Assembly: GCA_964016885.1 (NCBI GenBank)
Contig: OZ024761.1
Location: 19,220,001 to 19,284,000, forward strand
DNA length: 64,000 bases
Source: Eledone cirrhosa
Lineage: Eukaryota
Direction of reading: 5' to 3'
Part shown: positions 52,299 to 64,000 of the stretch, piece by piece
Layout: each line of letters opens with the position of its first letter
Numbering within the stretch: position 1 is the first letter of the stretch
The notes under the pieces: model-generated
What the model was told of the DNA's origin: nothing
Databases searched by the model: none
Seen by the model: the letters and a program-made list of their open reading frames with translations, nothing else
Position numbers and translations under genes: made by a program

Positions 52299-53247
52299 GT
52301 TTGTAATGCCTTTCTTTGTTGTTGTTGTTGTTTACTTGTTGTAGCCTGGTTTTCTGTAAGACATGCAGAAACACATGCGTTGACATACTTGTTAACAACA
52401 ACAATATGTCGTTACTGTGAGTCTTTTTTTAATGAATTGCTTCCCTTGTCACTGTATTATGTATTAAGGGGAGATTACTCTATCAACGACCTCTGCTGCC
52501 CTCAATACCAACAGGGTTAAAGTCTGTGTTGCGTTGTCTATATGTTATAATAATAATGAAATTATTGTGTAAAGTGCTCAGGTGCACTACAACTCGTCAA
52601 AGGTGCATGTATAGTATGTGGACATACAGAAACACACTCTCACATAAACAACCAAAACCAAATCTATATGTATTATATATATATTCATATAAGTTTGATG
52701 GGCAGACAGACAGAGAAACAGCGCTTCTTTTATAATATAGTTTGGATTAAATACTAGTAAAATATTGAGGTCAATTTAATCGACTTTCAGTAATATATAT
52801 ATAAAGCAGTAATATATATATATATATCAGTAATATACATAAAGCAGTAATATCATCATCATCATCATCAACGTTTAACGTCCGTGTTCCACGCTTGCAT
52901 GGGTTTGGACGGGGGTAGTCCCACTTGAGGCAAGAGTGATTGTCTTGCTCGCATAGGACTGTCTGGCAGGTTTTCTACAGTTGGATGCCCTTCCTAACAC
53001 CAACCACATTTACAGTGTGGGTCTGGGAGGTTTTTACCGTGTTGCCTACACGGCCACATTACAGCGTGGACTGTATGTTTCTTTGTCGTGACACCTACAC
53101 GATCTCATTTGTTTCGGCCTCGATGGCGCGGCACCAACATAACTTTACATAGAACGGGGTGGTGTGGATCGGGTGGGGGTGGGGGTGGTGGGGCGGGGTG
53201 TATTTTGTTAGAGATGCCTACTGGCTGGAGTAGGTTTTACTATATAT

Positions 53248-54020
53248 TTAGGTAAGGCGGGTCTTCTCTGTTACTGAGTACCGCCAAAGGTCTCGGTCCA
53301 GTGACATTGTCTTGGAGAGGTGTAAGTGTGTGATGTCGGAGTTTATCAGCTCGTCCCAGGTTTTTCTAGGTCTGCCTATTCCGTGACTACCGTCTATCTT
53401 TATTGCCCTGCACTTTGTTATACAGCTATCGACTTTCATGCGCATCACGTGTCCATACCAACGTAGCCTTCTCTCGAGTAAACAACATCTGATCCCTCTT
53501 ATCTCTAATTTATTCCTTAGTTCGTTTATGCTTTGCCGTTCACGTACATTACTGTTACACATCCAGCGGAGCATGCAAGCTTCGTTCCTCTCTAGTCTGC
53601 GTATATCCTCTGCACACAATGCCCAGGTCTCACTGCCATGCAGCATTGCTGTTCGTATGCAGGCATCGTACAACCTGCCTTTCATTTTTAGTGAGAACCC
53701 TTTAGCAGCTAATAGTGGTATAAGCTCTCTGAACTTTTTCCAACCAGTTCTGACTCTAGCTACAGTACTTTCAGAGCACCCTCCCCCACTGCTGATTTTA
53801 TCGCCCAGGTAACGGAAGCTGTCCACTATTTCTATAGAACCCTCTGCGCAATTGAAAGAGCTAGTAGTTTGTGGGCACTTGCTGCTACTTATTGCACCAG
53901 AGCACCGGCCACATGTAAAATCTATGTTCTTAGTTAGCTTACCTGTGATCCCACTACATCTTTTATGCACCCATACTTTGCATTTAGGACATAAAATGGA
54001 GTTTCTACCTACGCCTTTCC
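53248..54020 (-). mobile_element. 5'-truncated RTE-clade LINE (ORF2 C-terminus)
   Basis: Uninterrupted frame of about 255 aa: CPKC..HKRC..CGRC, FRYLG, MLHGSETW, RRLRWYGHVMRM, GRPRKTW. Confidence 0.92.
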
Positions 54021-54086
54021 TATATATATATATATATATATATATCATCATCATCATTTTACATCCGCTTTTCCCTGCTTGCAAGG

Positions 54087-54141
<55 letters not shown>

Positions 54142-54636
54142 CACACACCACTGTAATGTGGTTGGTGTTAGGAAGGGCATCTAGCAGTAGATACCAAGCC
54201 AAAATACAGATCCATATGAGCAAGACGTGGTCTCTGCACCTGACTTCTCTCATCATGTGACAGTCCATCTAACTCATGCTAACGTGGAAAATGGATGTTA
54301 AACAATGATGATGATATATATATATATATATATCATTATCATCGTTTCTACATCCGGTTTTCCATGCTTGCATGGGATATCATCATCATATTATATATAT
54401 ATAATAATTGTAAATTGAAGTTTAGCTATTGTACAAAAAGTTCTATTCGATTTGTTTGAGGCAACCACAAAGCACTCAATGGATCGAAAGTTAAAAACAA
54501 ACATTAAGTCCAGAGTAAACGCCGTAGTTATAAAATGTGACACCAAGAAAACTGACCAAAGGTACAAACTATACATACAACAAAATTTCAATAGACACAA
54601 TGCTTCAAGCAAACTACAACACCCTATATATATATA

Positions 54637-54972
54637 GGAGGCACATGGCTTAGTGGTTAGAGCATTGGGCTTGCAATCGAAAGATTGTGAGTTCAATTCT
54701 CAGATCGGGTGATGTGTTGTTTCCTTGAGCAAGACACTTTATTTCACATTGTTCCAGTTTACTCAGCTGTAGAAATGAGATGATAGGGACTGGGGTCCCT
54801 ATCATTCCACTGCAAAGTGGTCGTGGAGGTGCCACGGCAAAAAAGCACCCAGCCCACACTGTAAATGAGGTTGGTGTTAGGAAGGGCATCCAGCTGTAGA
54901 AATCAAGCTAGAATCAGTTCCTGTCCCACCCTTGCAAGCAGGGAAAAGCAGACGTAAAATGATGATGATGAT
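54637..54972 (+). mobile_element. SINE family A copy
   Basis: Near-identical to 39827-40172. Confidence 0.9.
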
Positions 54973-55355
54973 ATATATAATGTTGAAAGAGGTAGAAGTC
55001 TAAACAATGCAAAATGGCCTGTAAGATGAGGTAATGAAAAGTAAAAGTTACCCGGTAATCTTTGTTTTGTTTTGTTGTTCTTTTATCTGTCCATTATTTC
55101 GGGACCTAAAAGTCCCTTCATCAGGGTTTAACCATTTAGCATTTAAACCAGCCATATCTGGCCAGAATTCTCTCACCTCTTTCTGTTCAAACCGGCTGTA
55201 ACTGGCCACTCATACTGATGTTAAGGTATTGTTCTCAAAATAAATTATATCAAAATCTCATAGATTCGATATTATTTGAGATAAAGCCTTTACTGTAAAA
55301 ATACAATAGTAAATGTAAAGTAATGTAAATGCTAAAGGGTTAAGGAACCTTCAGT

Positions 55356-55404
<49 letters not shown>

Positions 55405-55530
55405 TATATATTCTTTGTTTGATCCTAAGAAAAAACGATTTCCGTTTGTTTTTTTATTGGAGCATGTATAATGGGGTTATTTGTTGTTGTTATAAATATT
55501 CTGAAATAATGTTGTTTTCCAATATTACAG

Positions 55531-55665
55531 GGGTTTGAAGATGGAGTTGTTAAACTGAAAATGCAAGGGTCCTGTACAAACTGTCCAAGTTCAGTTGTGA
55601 CCCTAAAGAGTGGTGTACAGAACATGTTACAGTTTTATATACCTGAGGTGAAGGAAGTGGAACAG
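55531..55665 (+). CDS. NFU1: NFU1 exon 7
   Basis: cag|[45 protein letters not shown]|gtaaat; NifU-domain CxxC (CTNC). Confidence 0.97.
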
Positions 55666-56754
55666 GTAAATTATAGCTTGGTGTTTATGTAATAAACTCT
55701 AGAGTACAAGTATAGAATTAATACAGGTATGAACAGGTAAATTATAGCCTGGTATTGATGTAATAAGCTCTGAGGTACAGTTATAGAATTAATACAGCTA
55801 TGAACAGGGAAATATAGGTAGGTGTTGGTGTAATAAGCTCTGGGATACAGGTATGAACAGGTAACTATGGCCTGGTATTAATATAATAAGCTCTGGGTAC
55901 AGGTATAGAATTAATATCAGTATGAACAGGTAAATATAGGTAGGTGTTGGTGTAATAAATTCTGGGGTACAGGTGTAGAATTGATATAGAATGGTTTTCA
56001 GTATTTGTTCCACACCTCTGCTCCTCTGAGTTCAAATCCCGCCGAAGTCAACTTTGCCTTTCATCCATTCGAGATCAATAAAAAAAGTACCAGTCAAGTA
56101 CTGGGGTCAATTCTTCCTCTATATCTCTTTCTCACTTTTTTTCTGTCACTTTCTCTATCCTTGTCTAGATGAAATCTGCTGTATTCGGATCTGGAGAGGA
56201 GATGGGCTCTGCCAGGTTTTAAAATGCCCTAGAAACACTGTATCTCAATAGGACGTCCCTCTGACTTCCTCACGAGTTATGGGACCATGCATAAGATTAC
56301 ATTACCCAATGTGTCCCTTCTTTCTTTTTTTTAATAAGTAGGTTAGAATTTGAGGGAGATATCTGAGTGCTGCTCCTAGCATGTCAGCAGATCAAATAGA
56401 AGCTCTAATATTGTCTTGCAATATAATACCTTGTAGGGAGCACTGAGAAACCTTTTTAATAACGCTCGCACCGTTACCTCGGGTGGTGGGGAGGCTGATG
56501 CGCTGGAACAACCAAGCACCCTCACAAGCATCGCCAGTGAAGATAAGAACCTGATAGCCCTGACAGTGGTTTGTTTGTCCACCCCTTTTGCCTGCTTTTT
56601 GTTGTGTGTGGTCCTAGATGTATGTATTACCTGCTTGTGTGTGTTTTTTTTTTTCATTTTTCCTTTCCCTTTTCTGTCTCTTTTTTAATTATTTGTAATG
56701 TTATTTATATAACTCTTCAGTAAATAATTTATATATGTTGTGTCTTTGATGTAG

Positions 56755-56826
56755 GTCGAGGATGAGGTGGATCAAATCTCTAATTCGGAATTCCGGAAAA
56801 TTGAAGAGAAACTGGGTGATGTATGA
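56755..56826 (+). CDS. NFU1: NFU1 exon 8 (terminal coding part)
   Basis: tag|VEDEVDQISNSEFRKIEEKLGDV*; AATAAA near 56924. Confidence 0.88.
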   Translation, partial: VEDEVDQISNSEFRKIEEKLGDV

Positions 56827-57825
56827 AGACCTGAAGTATAAGTAGAATGATGAGAAAGTTCCCCCATTTGAGCCTCCTGTTTTACTCCCAGATTGTTGTA
56901 TATACGCCACCATATGATGTTATAATAAAACTTACCTACGTGAGTTACACCAGTTTTCTTGTTTTGTATTGTTTTTCAGTTCTGGATATAAATAGTTGCT
57001 TTCAGCTACAGATCAGCATCATTGTCGTTTAATGTCCACTTTCCCTGCTAGTAAAGATTGGATGGGTCTACAAAGACCAAGTCAGTACTGAAGCAGAGCT
57101 TCTAACCTTCCTGACAGGCTGAGTGGTCTGCATCTTTTTACATATGGTTTGGTTTCACATTTTACTGAGTGCACAAGAGAGGTATTCGTGTCTTTGACAC
57201 AACTGAGGCTCCTCCGAGCCCTTTGATAAGATTTCTACAGCTGGATGCTCTTCCTATCAGCAACCACTTTACAGAGTGTACTGGGTGCATCTATCACATA
57301 GATCCCCAACACAAGGGAGGCCATCATATCTTTGACTTAAATGAAGACTTCTCCCAACTATATATATGTAATTTAACCTTTGACACCAAGCCACCTGAAA
57401 CCATCCCATTACAAAACTATTTGATTTAAAATAGTTATATTTCCATTGCACTAATGTTTTACAGGGTGGACAGGGTGCTTTTTCTTTTTTCATGATACCA
57501 GTGCTACCACCTTACACGATGGATGGGGTGCTTTTTTTATGTGATACCAGCACTACAGCTTTACTGGGTGCTTTTTTTTATGTGTTTCCAACACTACTTT
57601 GTTACAGGGTAACCCCTCCACATACACACACATAACAACAAGGTTTCTCAAACTTTTTCAAACACAGAACCCTTTTTGGCTCAGAAACTTTTGGGGGAAC
57701 CCCAAAGTCTAATATTTTTATATGGTCGTAATATAAATGTACTCCTCTACCTTTTTTTCACGGGACCCCAGACACTCCTTTGTGGTACCCTTGGGTTCCA
57801 CGAAACCTACTTTGGGAACCACTGT

Positions 57826-58330
57826 GCTACAGTATCATATTAAGACAAGACATGACATAGATTTAACCCACACACACTACAGTATCATATTAAGACAAGA
57901 CATGACATAAATTTAACCCACACACACACTACAGTATCATTTTAAGACAAGACATGACATAAATTTAACCCACACACACACTACAGTATCATATTAAGAC
58001 AAGACATGACATAGATTTAACCCACACACACTACAGTATCATATTAAGACAAGACATAGATTTAACCCACACACACACTACAGTCTCATATTAAGACAAG
58101 ACAAGACATAGATTTAACCCACACACACACTACAGTCTCATATTAAGACAAGACAAGACATAGATTTAACCCACACACACACTACAGTCTCATATTAAGA
58201 CAAGACAAGACATAGATTTAACCCACACACACTACAGTATCATATTAAGACAAGACATAGATTTAACCCACACACACACTACAGTCTCATATTAAGACAA
58301 GACAAGACATAGATTTTACCCCCCGCCCCA
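57826..58330. repeat. About 50-bp minisatellite
   Basis: Unit ctacagtatcatattaagacaagacatgacatagatttaacccacacaca. Confidence 0.93.
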
Positions 58331-58792
58331 CATATACACACACACACTAGTGTCATAGTGTAAAGAAAGTAAGACGTGACATAGATTTAAAAAGTAATAT
58401 TCTTTGTTTATTTTACTTATTAGTATTAAGACAAATATATTTTGTTATTCAAATATAACACTGCCTGGTAACCTCCTACCACAATATTGCTGGTGTAAAC
58501 TCCTACCACTCCTCACATTGAAACGTCATTAACAAAGGCTAAATAGATGAAGCTATAAAAAAAAATGAAATCATAACCTTTTTCCTGAATATATTTAAAT
58601 CTATATAGATTGGGGAGGAAGATAGATATGTTTGTATGTATATATAGAGAGAGGAGTAGAGATAGATATGTATATATATATATAGAGAGAGAGAGATAGA
58701 GAAATATAGATATGTATGCATGTATATATAGAGGGAGAGAGGAGTAGAGATAAATATAGATATGTATGTTTAAATAGAGAGAGAGTAAAATG

Positions 58793-58925
58793 TGTTTATA
58801 CTAAATAAGCTCTCTTGCAACAGACTTGAGCACTGTTTTCCTTTTTTCCTTGATCTTTCATCTACAGATTCCTACACACACATATATATATATACACACA
58901 CACACATACACATCTCTCTCTCTCG

Positions 58926-58971
<46 letters not shown>

Positions 58972-59073
58972 CGAGAGAGGGAGATGTATATATATGTGTG
59001 TAGGAATCTGTAGATGAAAAGTCAAGGAAAACAGTGCTCAGTCTGTTGCAAGAGAGCTTATTTAGTATAAACA
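58793..59073. repeat. Long inverted repeat centred on (TA)n
   Basis: tgtttatactaaataagctctcttgcaacagac..ctacagattcctacacaca pairs with tgtgtaggaatctgtag..gtctgttgcaagagagcttatttagtataaaca. Confidence 0.92.
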
Positions 59074-59562
59074 AAGTTTCATACACTTAACAAGTATGTG
59101 TGACCATTGGTTTCGGTGTCCAGTTATATCTGTCCTTGTGTCCAACGACAGGCCAGTTTAAAAATGCCTCCTCCAATATACTGTGGTGGCCATAACTGGA
59201 CTCCGAAACCAATAGTTGCACATACATGTTAAGTGTATAAAACTTTGATTATACTACATATCATCATCATCATCATCATTTAATGTCCATCTTCCATGTT
59301 AGCATGGGTAGGACGGGCTGTCGCTTTGTGAGAGATCTGATCGGGGGACCATGATTCGCTCATGCAGAACTGATTTTGATTTGGTTTCTATGACTAGATG
59401 CCTGTCCTCACACTAACTACATTTACTGTAAGTGCGTGCGTGTGTGTGTGTGTCATCATCACCGTTTTACGTCCATTCTTCCACGCTAGCATGGGTTAGA
59501 CGGGTTGTCCTGTTATGGGCAGTGTCCGGTCGGCTGACCTTGTCTTGCTCATACGGGAACTG

Positions 59563-59593
<31 letters not shown>

Positions 59594-60699
59594 GGGGGGG
59601 GGGGGGTATATATAGATAGAGAGAGATAGAAAGAAGAAATGTCTAGTTTAATATTTCTGTTGTTTCAGTTTTTTTAACCATTTAAACATTAAAAAAAACT
59701 TGTTGCAAAAATGTTTAATCTTCAGATAAAAATTACTGAAATAACATGCTTTAAATTTTCCTTCATTTTCTATAAAATAAAAATATTAAAAAAATGAGAG
59801 AAGAATCTGTCGTATAAGTAGCAGAGGTGTTTTAAACTGGCCATATCTGATCAGAATTCTCTCACCTCTTTCTGCTCAAACCAGCTGTAACTGGCCGTTT
59901 ATACTGATGTTAAGGTATTGTTCTCAAAATAAATAACATCAAAATCTCATAGATTCAATATTATGTGAGATAAAATGTTTACTGTGAAAATACAATAGTA
60001 AATATATAGTAATGTAAATGCTAAATGCGTAGAAATTGCTATTCAATAGCGCAAGCCCACCCTTTCCCCACCCCAATAAACATTGAACACTGTTGCAGAT
60101 AATCTCATTTATTCTGAACTGTGAATGAGATTCTTTAAGGAATACTAATAATAATAATGGTTTCTGATTTAAGCACAAGGCTTGATATTTTGAACTCAGA
60201 ATATAAAGGGATGTAACTAAACACTTTTCCGATACTACCAATCTACCAACCTCCTTTAAGGAATAATAATTGTTTCTACTTTAGGTACAAGGCCTACAGT
60301 TTTAGAGGAAGGAAAGTCAATTAAATCGACCCCAGTGTATTACTGGTATTTATTTTATTGACCCCGTATGGATGAAAGACAAAACTAACCTCAGCAGAAT
60401 TTGAAATGAGAATGTAAAAGGCTGTAACTATATGCTGCAAAGCATGTTCACCTCTGATGCTCTACAAATTACTGCCAATCCACTACCTTTCAAAGAAAAA
60501 TAAATACTGCAAACAGTCACTCAGTTACCTTTGATTCTAGATTTAACCCTATAGATCAACAGTCAAAGCAACAAGAGATTGTACTGAGCAGAAGGTTACC
60601 AAAAGGGTCTTCTAAGGGGGCAGCCATATTAAATGAGAAAGAGGAAGGAAAAAAATGTTTCTTTCTTTCTTTTTAGAATAAAAAATAGAAAATCTAAAT

Positions 60700-60768
60700 C
60701 TAAAGTTCGGTGTGTTTAAATATTAAAGTGTCGACTCTCTGATAAAGTTCGTTGTGATATTTGTTCAC
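60700..60768 (-). CDS. LRPAP1: LRPAP1 last coding exon
   Basis: cag|VNKYHNELYQRVDTLIFKHTEL*; C-terminal HTEL ER-retention signal. Confidence 0.9.
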   Translation of the reverse strand: MNKYHNELYQRVDTLIFKHTEL

Positions 60769-61014
60769 CTGAAATTAGAGAAAGAAAAAAAGTGTTTTAA
60801 TTATAGATTGTGTATTTCAGAATAAATAAACAATATAGCTCCATTATTTTGGTGTTAGTTTGTGGTAGGATGAAGCATTGTGGGAAATATATCAGAGCAT
60901 CTGTGTGTGTGTGTGTGTGTGGTAGTTTGGGAAATATATTGTGTGGTTATATGGTAGAAGCCACTTGAAACCATCCTTGATTCTACATTACAAAACAGTT
61001 CACGTACACACACA

Positions 61015-61590
61015 CACACTGTGGTACTTCCCATCATGCATCATTCTACCACACACACACTGTGGTACTTCCCATCATGCATCATTCTACCACATACACA
61101 CAGTGGTATTTCCCATCATGCATCATTCTACCACACACACACTGGTACTTCCCATCATGCATCATTCTACCACATACACACACACTGGTACTTCCCATCA
61201 TGCATCATTCTACCACACACACTGTGGTACTTCCCATCATGCATCATTCTACCACACACACACACACTGTGGTACTTCCCATCATTCTACCACATACACT
61301 GTGGTACTTCCCATCATGCATCATTCTACCACACACACACTGTTGTATTTCCCATCATGCATCATTCTACCACACACACAGTGGTATTTCTCATCATGCA
61401 TCATTCTACCACATACACACACACTGGTACTTCCCATCATGCATAATTCTACCACACATACACATTGGTTCTTCCCATCATGCATCATTCTACCACATAC
61501 ACACACACTGGTACTTCCCATCATGCATCATTCTACCACACACACACTGGTACTTCCCATCATGCATCATTCTACCACACACACACATAC
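61015..61590. repeat. About 40-bp minisatellite
   Basis: Unit ctgtggtacttcccatcatgcatcattctaccacacacaca. Confidence 0.93.
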
Positions 61591-62274
61591 ACTGAGGTAT
61601 ATATATTACCCATCGTGCCTTATTCTACGATACAACCATACAATTTATTTACCAAACTACCTCATTCTACCACATACTTTGGTATATATTTCCCACAATG
61701 CTTCATTCTACCACAAAGTGTGAATATATTATTCACAATACCTCACTGTCACACTGTCAATATATTACCCACAATACCTTACTGCTATAGCTTGTTACCC
61801 ACACTACTTCACTGTCACACAATTTCAAAATATTACTCCACACAGTAAAAATATATTACCCACAATACCTCACTGCCACAGAATGTCAAAATATTACCCA
61901 CAATGCTTCACTCCATCACAGTGAAAATATATAACACAGAAATAAATGTTTATTCTCAATACATGTGTTTCACCCACAAAGTTGGCCCCAAAACCATTGA
62001 TAATTACATAAATATGAAAAAGAAAGATAAAAACGAAATTACTGTATTTCTCGGCATTGAAGACACTACTTTTTTTCTAAAATAAGTCTCAAAAATCTAC
62101 CATGCGTCCTGGAGGCCAAAGGTTGTTTATTTTTTTTTCATATTTTTGTTGTCAAAATTAGGGTGTGTCTTCGGCGCTAGGAAATATGGTAAGGAAAGGG
62201 TAAAGAAGGGCAGATCTAGCTGTATGGGAAAGTAGAGCAATACCTCACACCACCACACAAATCAACCAACCTAC

Positions 62275-62433
62275 CATGTGATTGTAATGTTTTGTCTTGT
62301 CTTCTAAGTCTTTGTGTTTTTGCGGATATTTTTCTTTGTCCACGAATTTATCGAAATGATCTTTCGACTCTGTCAGCATCTCTTTGAGTGTCTCATGTTT
62401 AGTGATTCGTTGCTGGAATGCTTGCAATTCCTC
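62275..62433 (-). CDS. LRPAP1: LRPAP1 penultimate exon
   Basis: tag|EELQAFQQRITKHETLKEMLTESKDHFDKFVDKEKYPQKHKDLEDKTKHYNHM|gtaggt; EELxxFxxxIxKH motif. Confidence 0.9.
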
Positions 62434-62854
62434 CTAGAGAATAGACAAGATATAAAAAATTATGAAGGATCACGGCTGCATAAAAAGGTGCAGAGAGCTC
62501 AAAGTCGATGGAAGCCTTGGACTGGGGAGATCCAGGAAGACTTTGGTTGAAGTGATAAAAGCCAACCTCTCCCAATTGCACGTCTCAAATATTTAATGTG
62601 ATGCAGTCATAGTTCTATTTTGTATTTTTCAAGAATGTCTTGAATGGTTTCATTTCATGTGGCATCGCATATATATGTGTGTGTGTGCATATATATATCA
62701 GCAGCAGTACATTACATCCACTTTCTGTGCTGAGAATTAATATCTCAGTAATGAAATAATTAGTAATTTTAGTAAATCCCTTAAAATTTTTACTTAAATA
62801 TTTGAAATAGAGCATTTTTCATAAGAAATACGGTAACAAAAGGGTAAAGCAAAC

Positions 62855-63093
62855 CTCAAAATTCTCCAGTTCCTGCTCGGACATTGCAGTCTTTTTAGCC
62901 ATGGCGTATAATTGGTACACTCGAATATCAGTGAATTCTTCATGCAGTTTAGCTTCATTCACCTGCTGGCTCAAGCCATCAAGTTTTTTGTTAAGTTTCC
63001 GATGCATCTCTTTCGTTTCTTTATTTTTGGCCTTAAATTGTTTGTGTGCGATCCTCAGCTCCTCATCACTGCCCAAATTGTTGTGTGTCATCT
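62855..63093 (-). CDS. LRPAP1: LRPAP1 (receptor-associated protein, RAP) internal exon; 5' part lies beyond the window
   Basis: tag|..MTHNNLG...EEFTDIRVYQLYAMAKKTAMSEQELENFE|gtttgc; resembles RAP domain 3 start. Confidence 0.88.
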
Positions 63094-63559
63094 CTACAAC
63101 AACAACAACAATAATAATAAAGAAAGGAATGTAGACAGTTTTCTAGATCAGACCAAAGAAACAATGTCTCCATTGTTCTTTCCATTGCTAATATTATCTG
63201 CCAGTCACAACTCTCGGAAGAAGGAGGTGATTATCACATCGGATCAAGGGTTATTAGGTATTATATACAAGTTAAAATATACATTATACTCATCATCATC
63301 ATTTAATGTCTATCTTCCATGCTAGCATGGATTAAACAGGAATTGTCCCACTTGAGGCAAGATTGATCGGGTGACAGTGTCTCGTTCCTCAAGGTATTAT
63401 GAATATTATATACAAGTTAAACTACATTATATAATTCTTACATACCCATAACTCCTGTTGGAGTAGGGAAGGAGGGCGAATGACATGATGTTTCTTGGGT
63501 CTCCTGCTGGTTGATTTTGCCTATAAAATCTGTTCACTGATTCTTTCCCACATGCCAAT

Positions 63560-63902
63560 GGAGGCACATGGCTTAGTGGTTAGAGCATTGGGCTTGCAAT
63601 CGAAAGGTTGTGAGTTCAATTCTCAGACCGGGTGATGTGTTGTGTCCTTGAACAAGACACTTTATTTCACATTGCTCCAGTTTACTCAGCTGTAGAAATG
63701 AGATGATAGGGACTGGGGTCCCTATCATTCCACTGCAAAGTGGTCGTGGAGGTGCCACGGCAAAAAAGCACCCAGCACTCACTGTAAATGAGGTTGGTGT
63801 TAGGAAGGGCATCCAGCTGTAGAAATCAAGCCAGAATCAGTTCCCGTTCCACCCTTGCAAGCAGGGAAAAGCGGACGTAAAATGATGATGATGATGATGA
63901 TG
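63560..63902 (+). mobile_element. SINE family A copy
   Basis: Near-identical to 39827-40172. Confidence 0.9.
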
Positions 63903-64000
63903 CCAATAGTATCGGAGCTGTGATCTATCAATTTGGAGAAGCAGCGGCTGTACCTGGAGTGACTCTCTGATCTCTGAGCTACACACTCTTGTAGCGCAAT

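Noticed and set aside
60745-60756. Internal HNEL upstream of the terminal HTEL in LRPAP1
   Set aside because: Not followed by a stop; it lies in the last helix and is probably coincidental.

Overview
AT-rich, repeat-dense animal genomic DNA. The SINE/LINE/MITE and microsatellite content suggests a cephalopod (Octopus-like); this is inferred, not proven. Hand splicing gives five intron-containing housekeeping genes in alternating orientation: PSMD9 (-, 6 exons, 16377..2049, 203 aa), SSR3/TRAP-gamma (+, 5 exons, 17121..23636, 188 aa, with a U12-type last intron), METTL14 (-, 10 exons, 44164..26863, 479 aa), NFU1 (+, 8 exons, 45563..56826, 271 aa) and the last three exons of LRPAP1/RAP (-, 63093..60700, ending HTEL). 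PSMD9/SSR3 and METTL14/NFU1 are head-to-head pairs. Introns hold tRNA-derived SINEs, RTE and CR1-like LINE fragments, internally deleted DD37D (maT) Tc1/mariner elements, TTAA-flanked piggyBac-like MITEs and many minisatellites. The least expected signals are several minimal type I hammerhead ribozyme motifs, tandem repeats seeded from or abutting splice sites (including an in-frame duplicated NFU1 acceptor), a 39-bp satellite with 618-bp higher-order structure, and long fold-back repeats. Most ORFs in the supplied track are low-complexity artefacts. All coordinates were read by hand.
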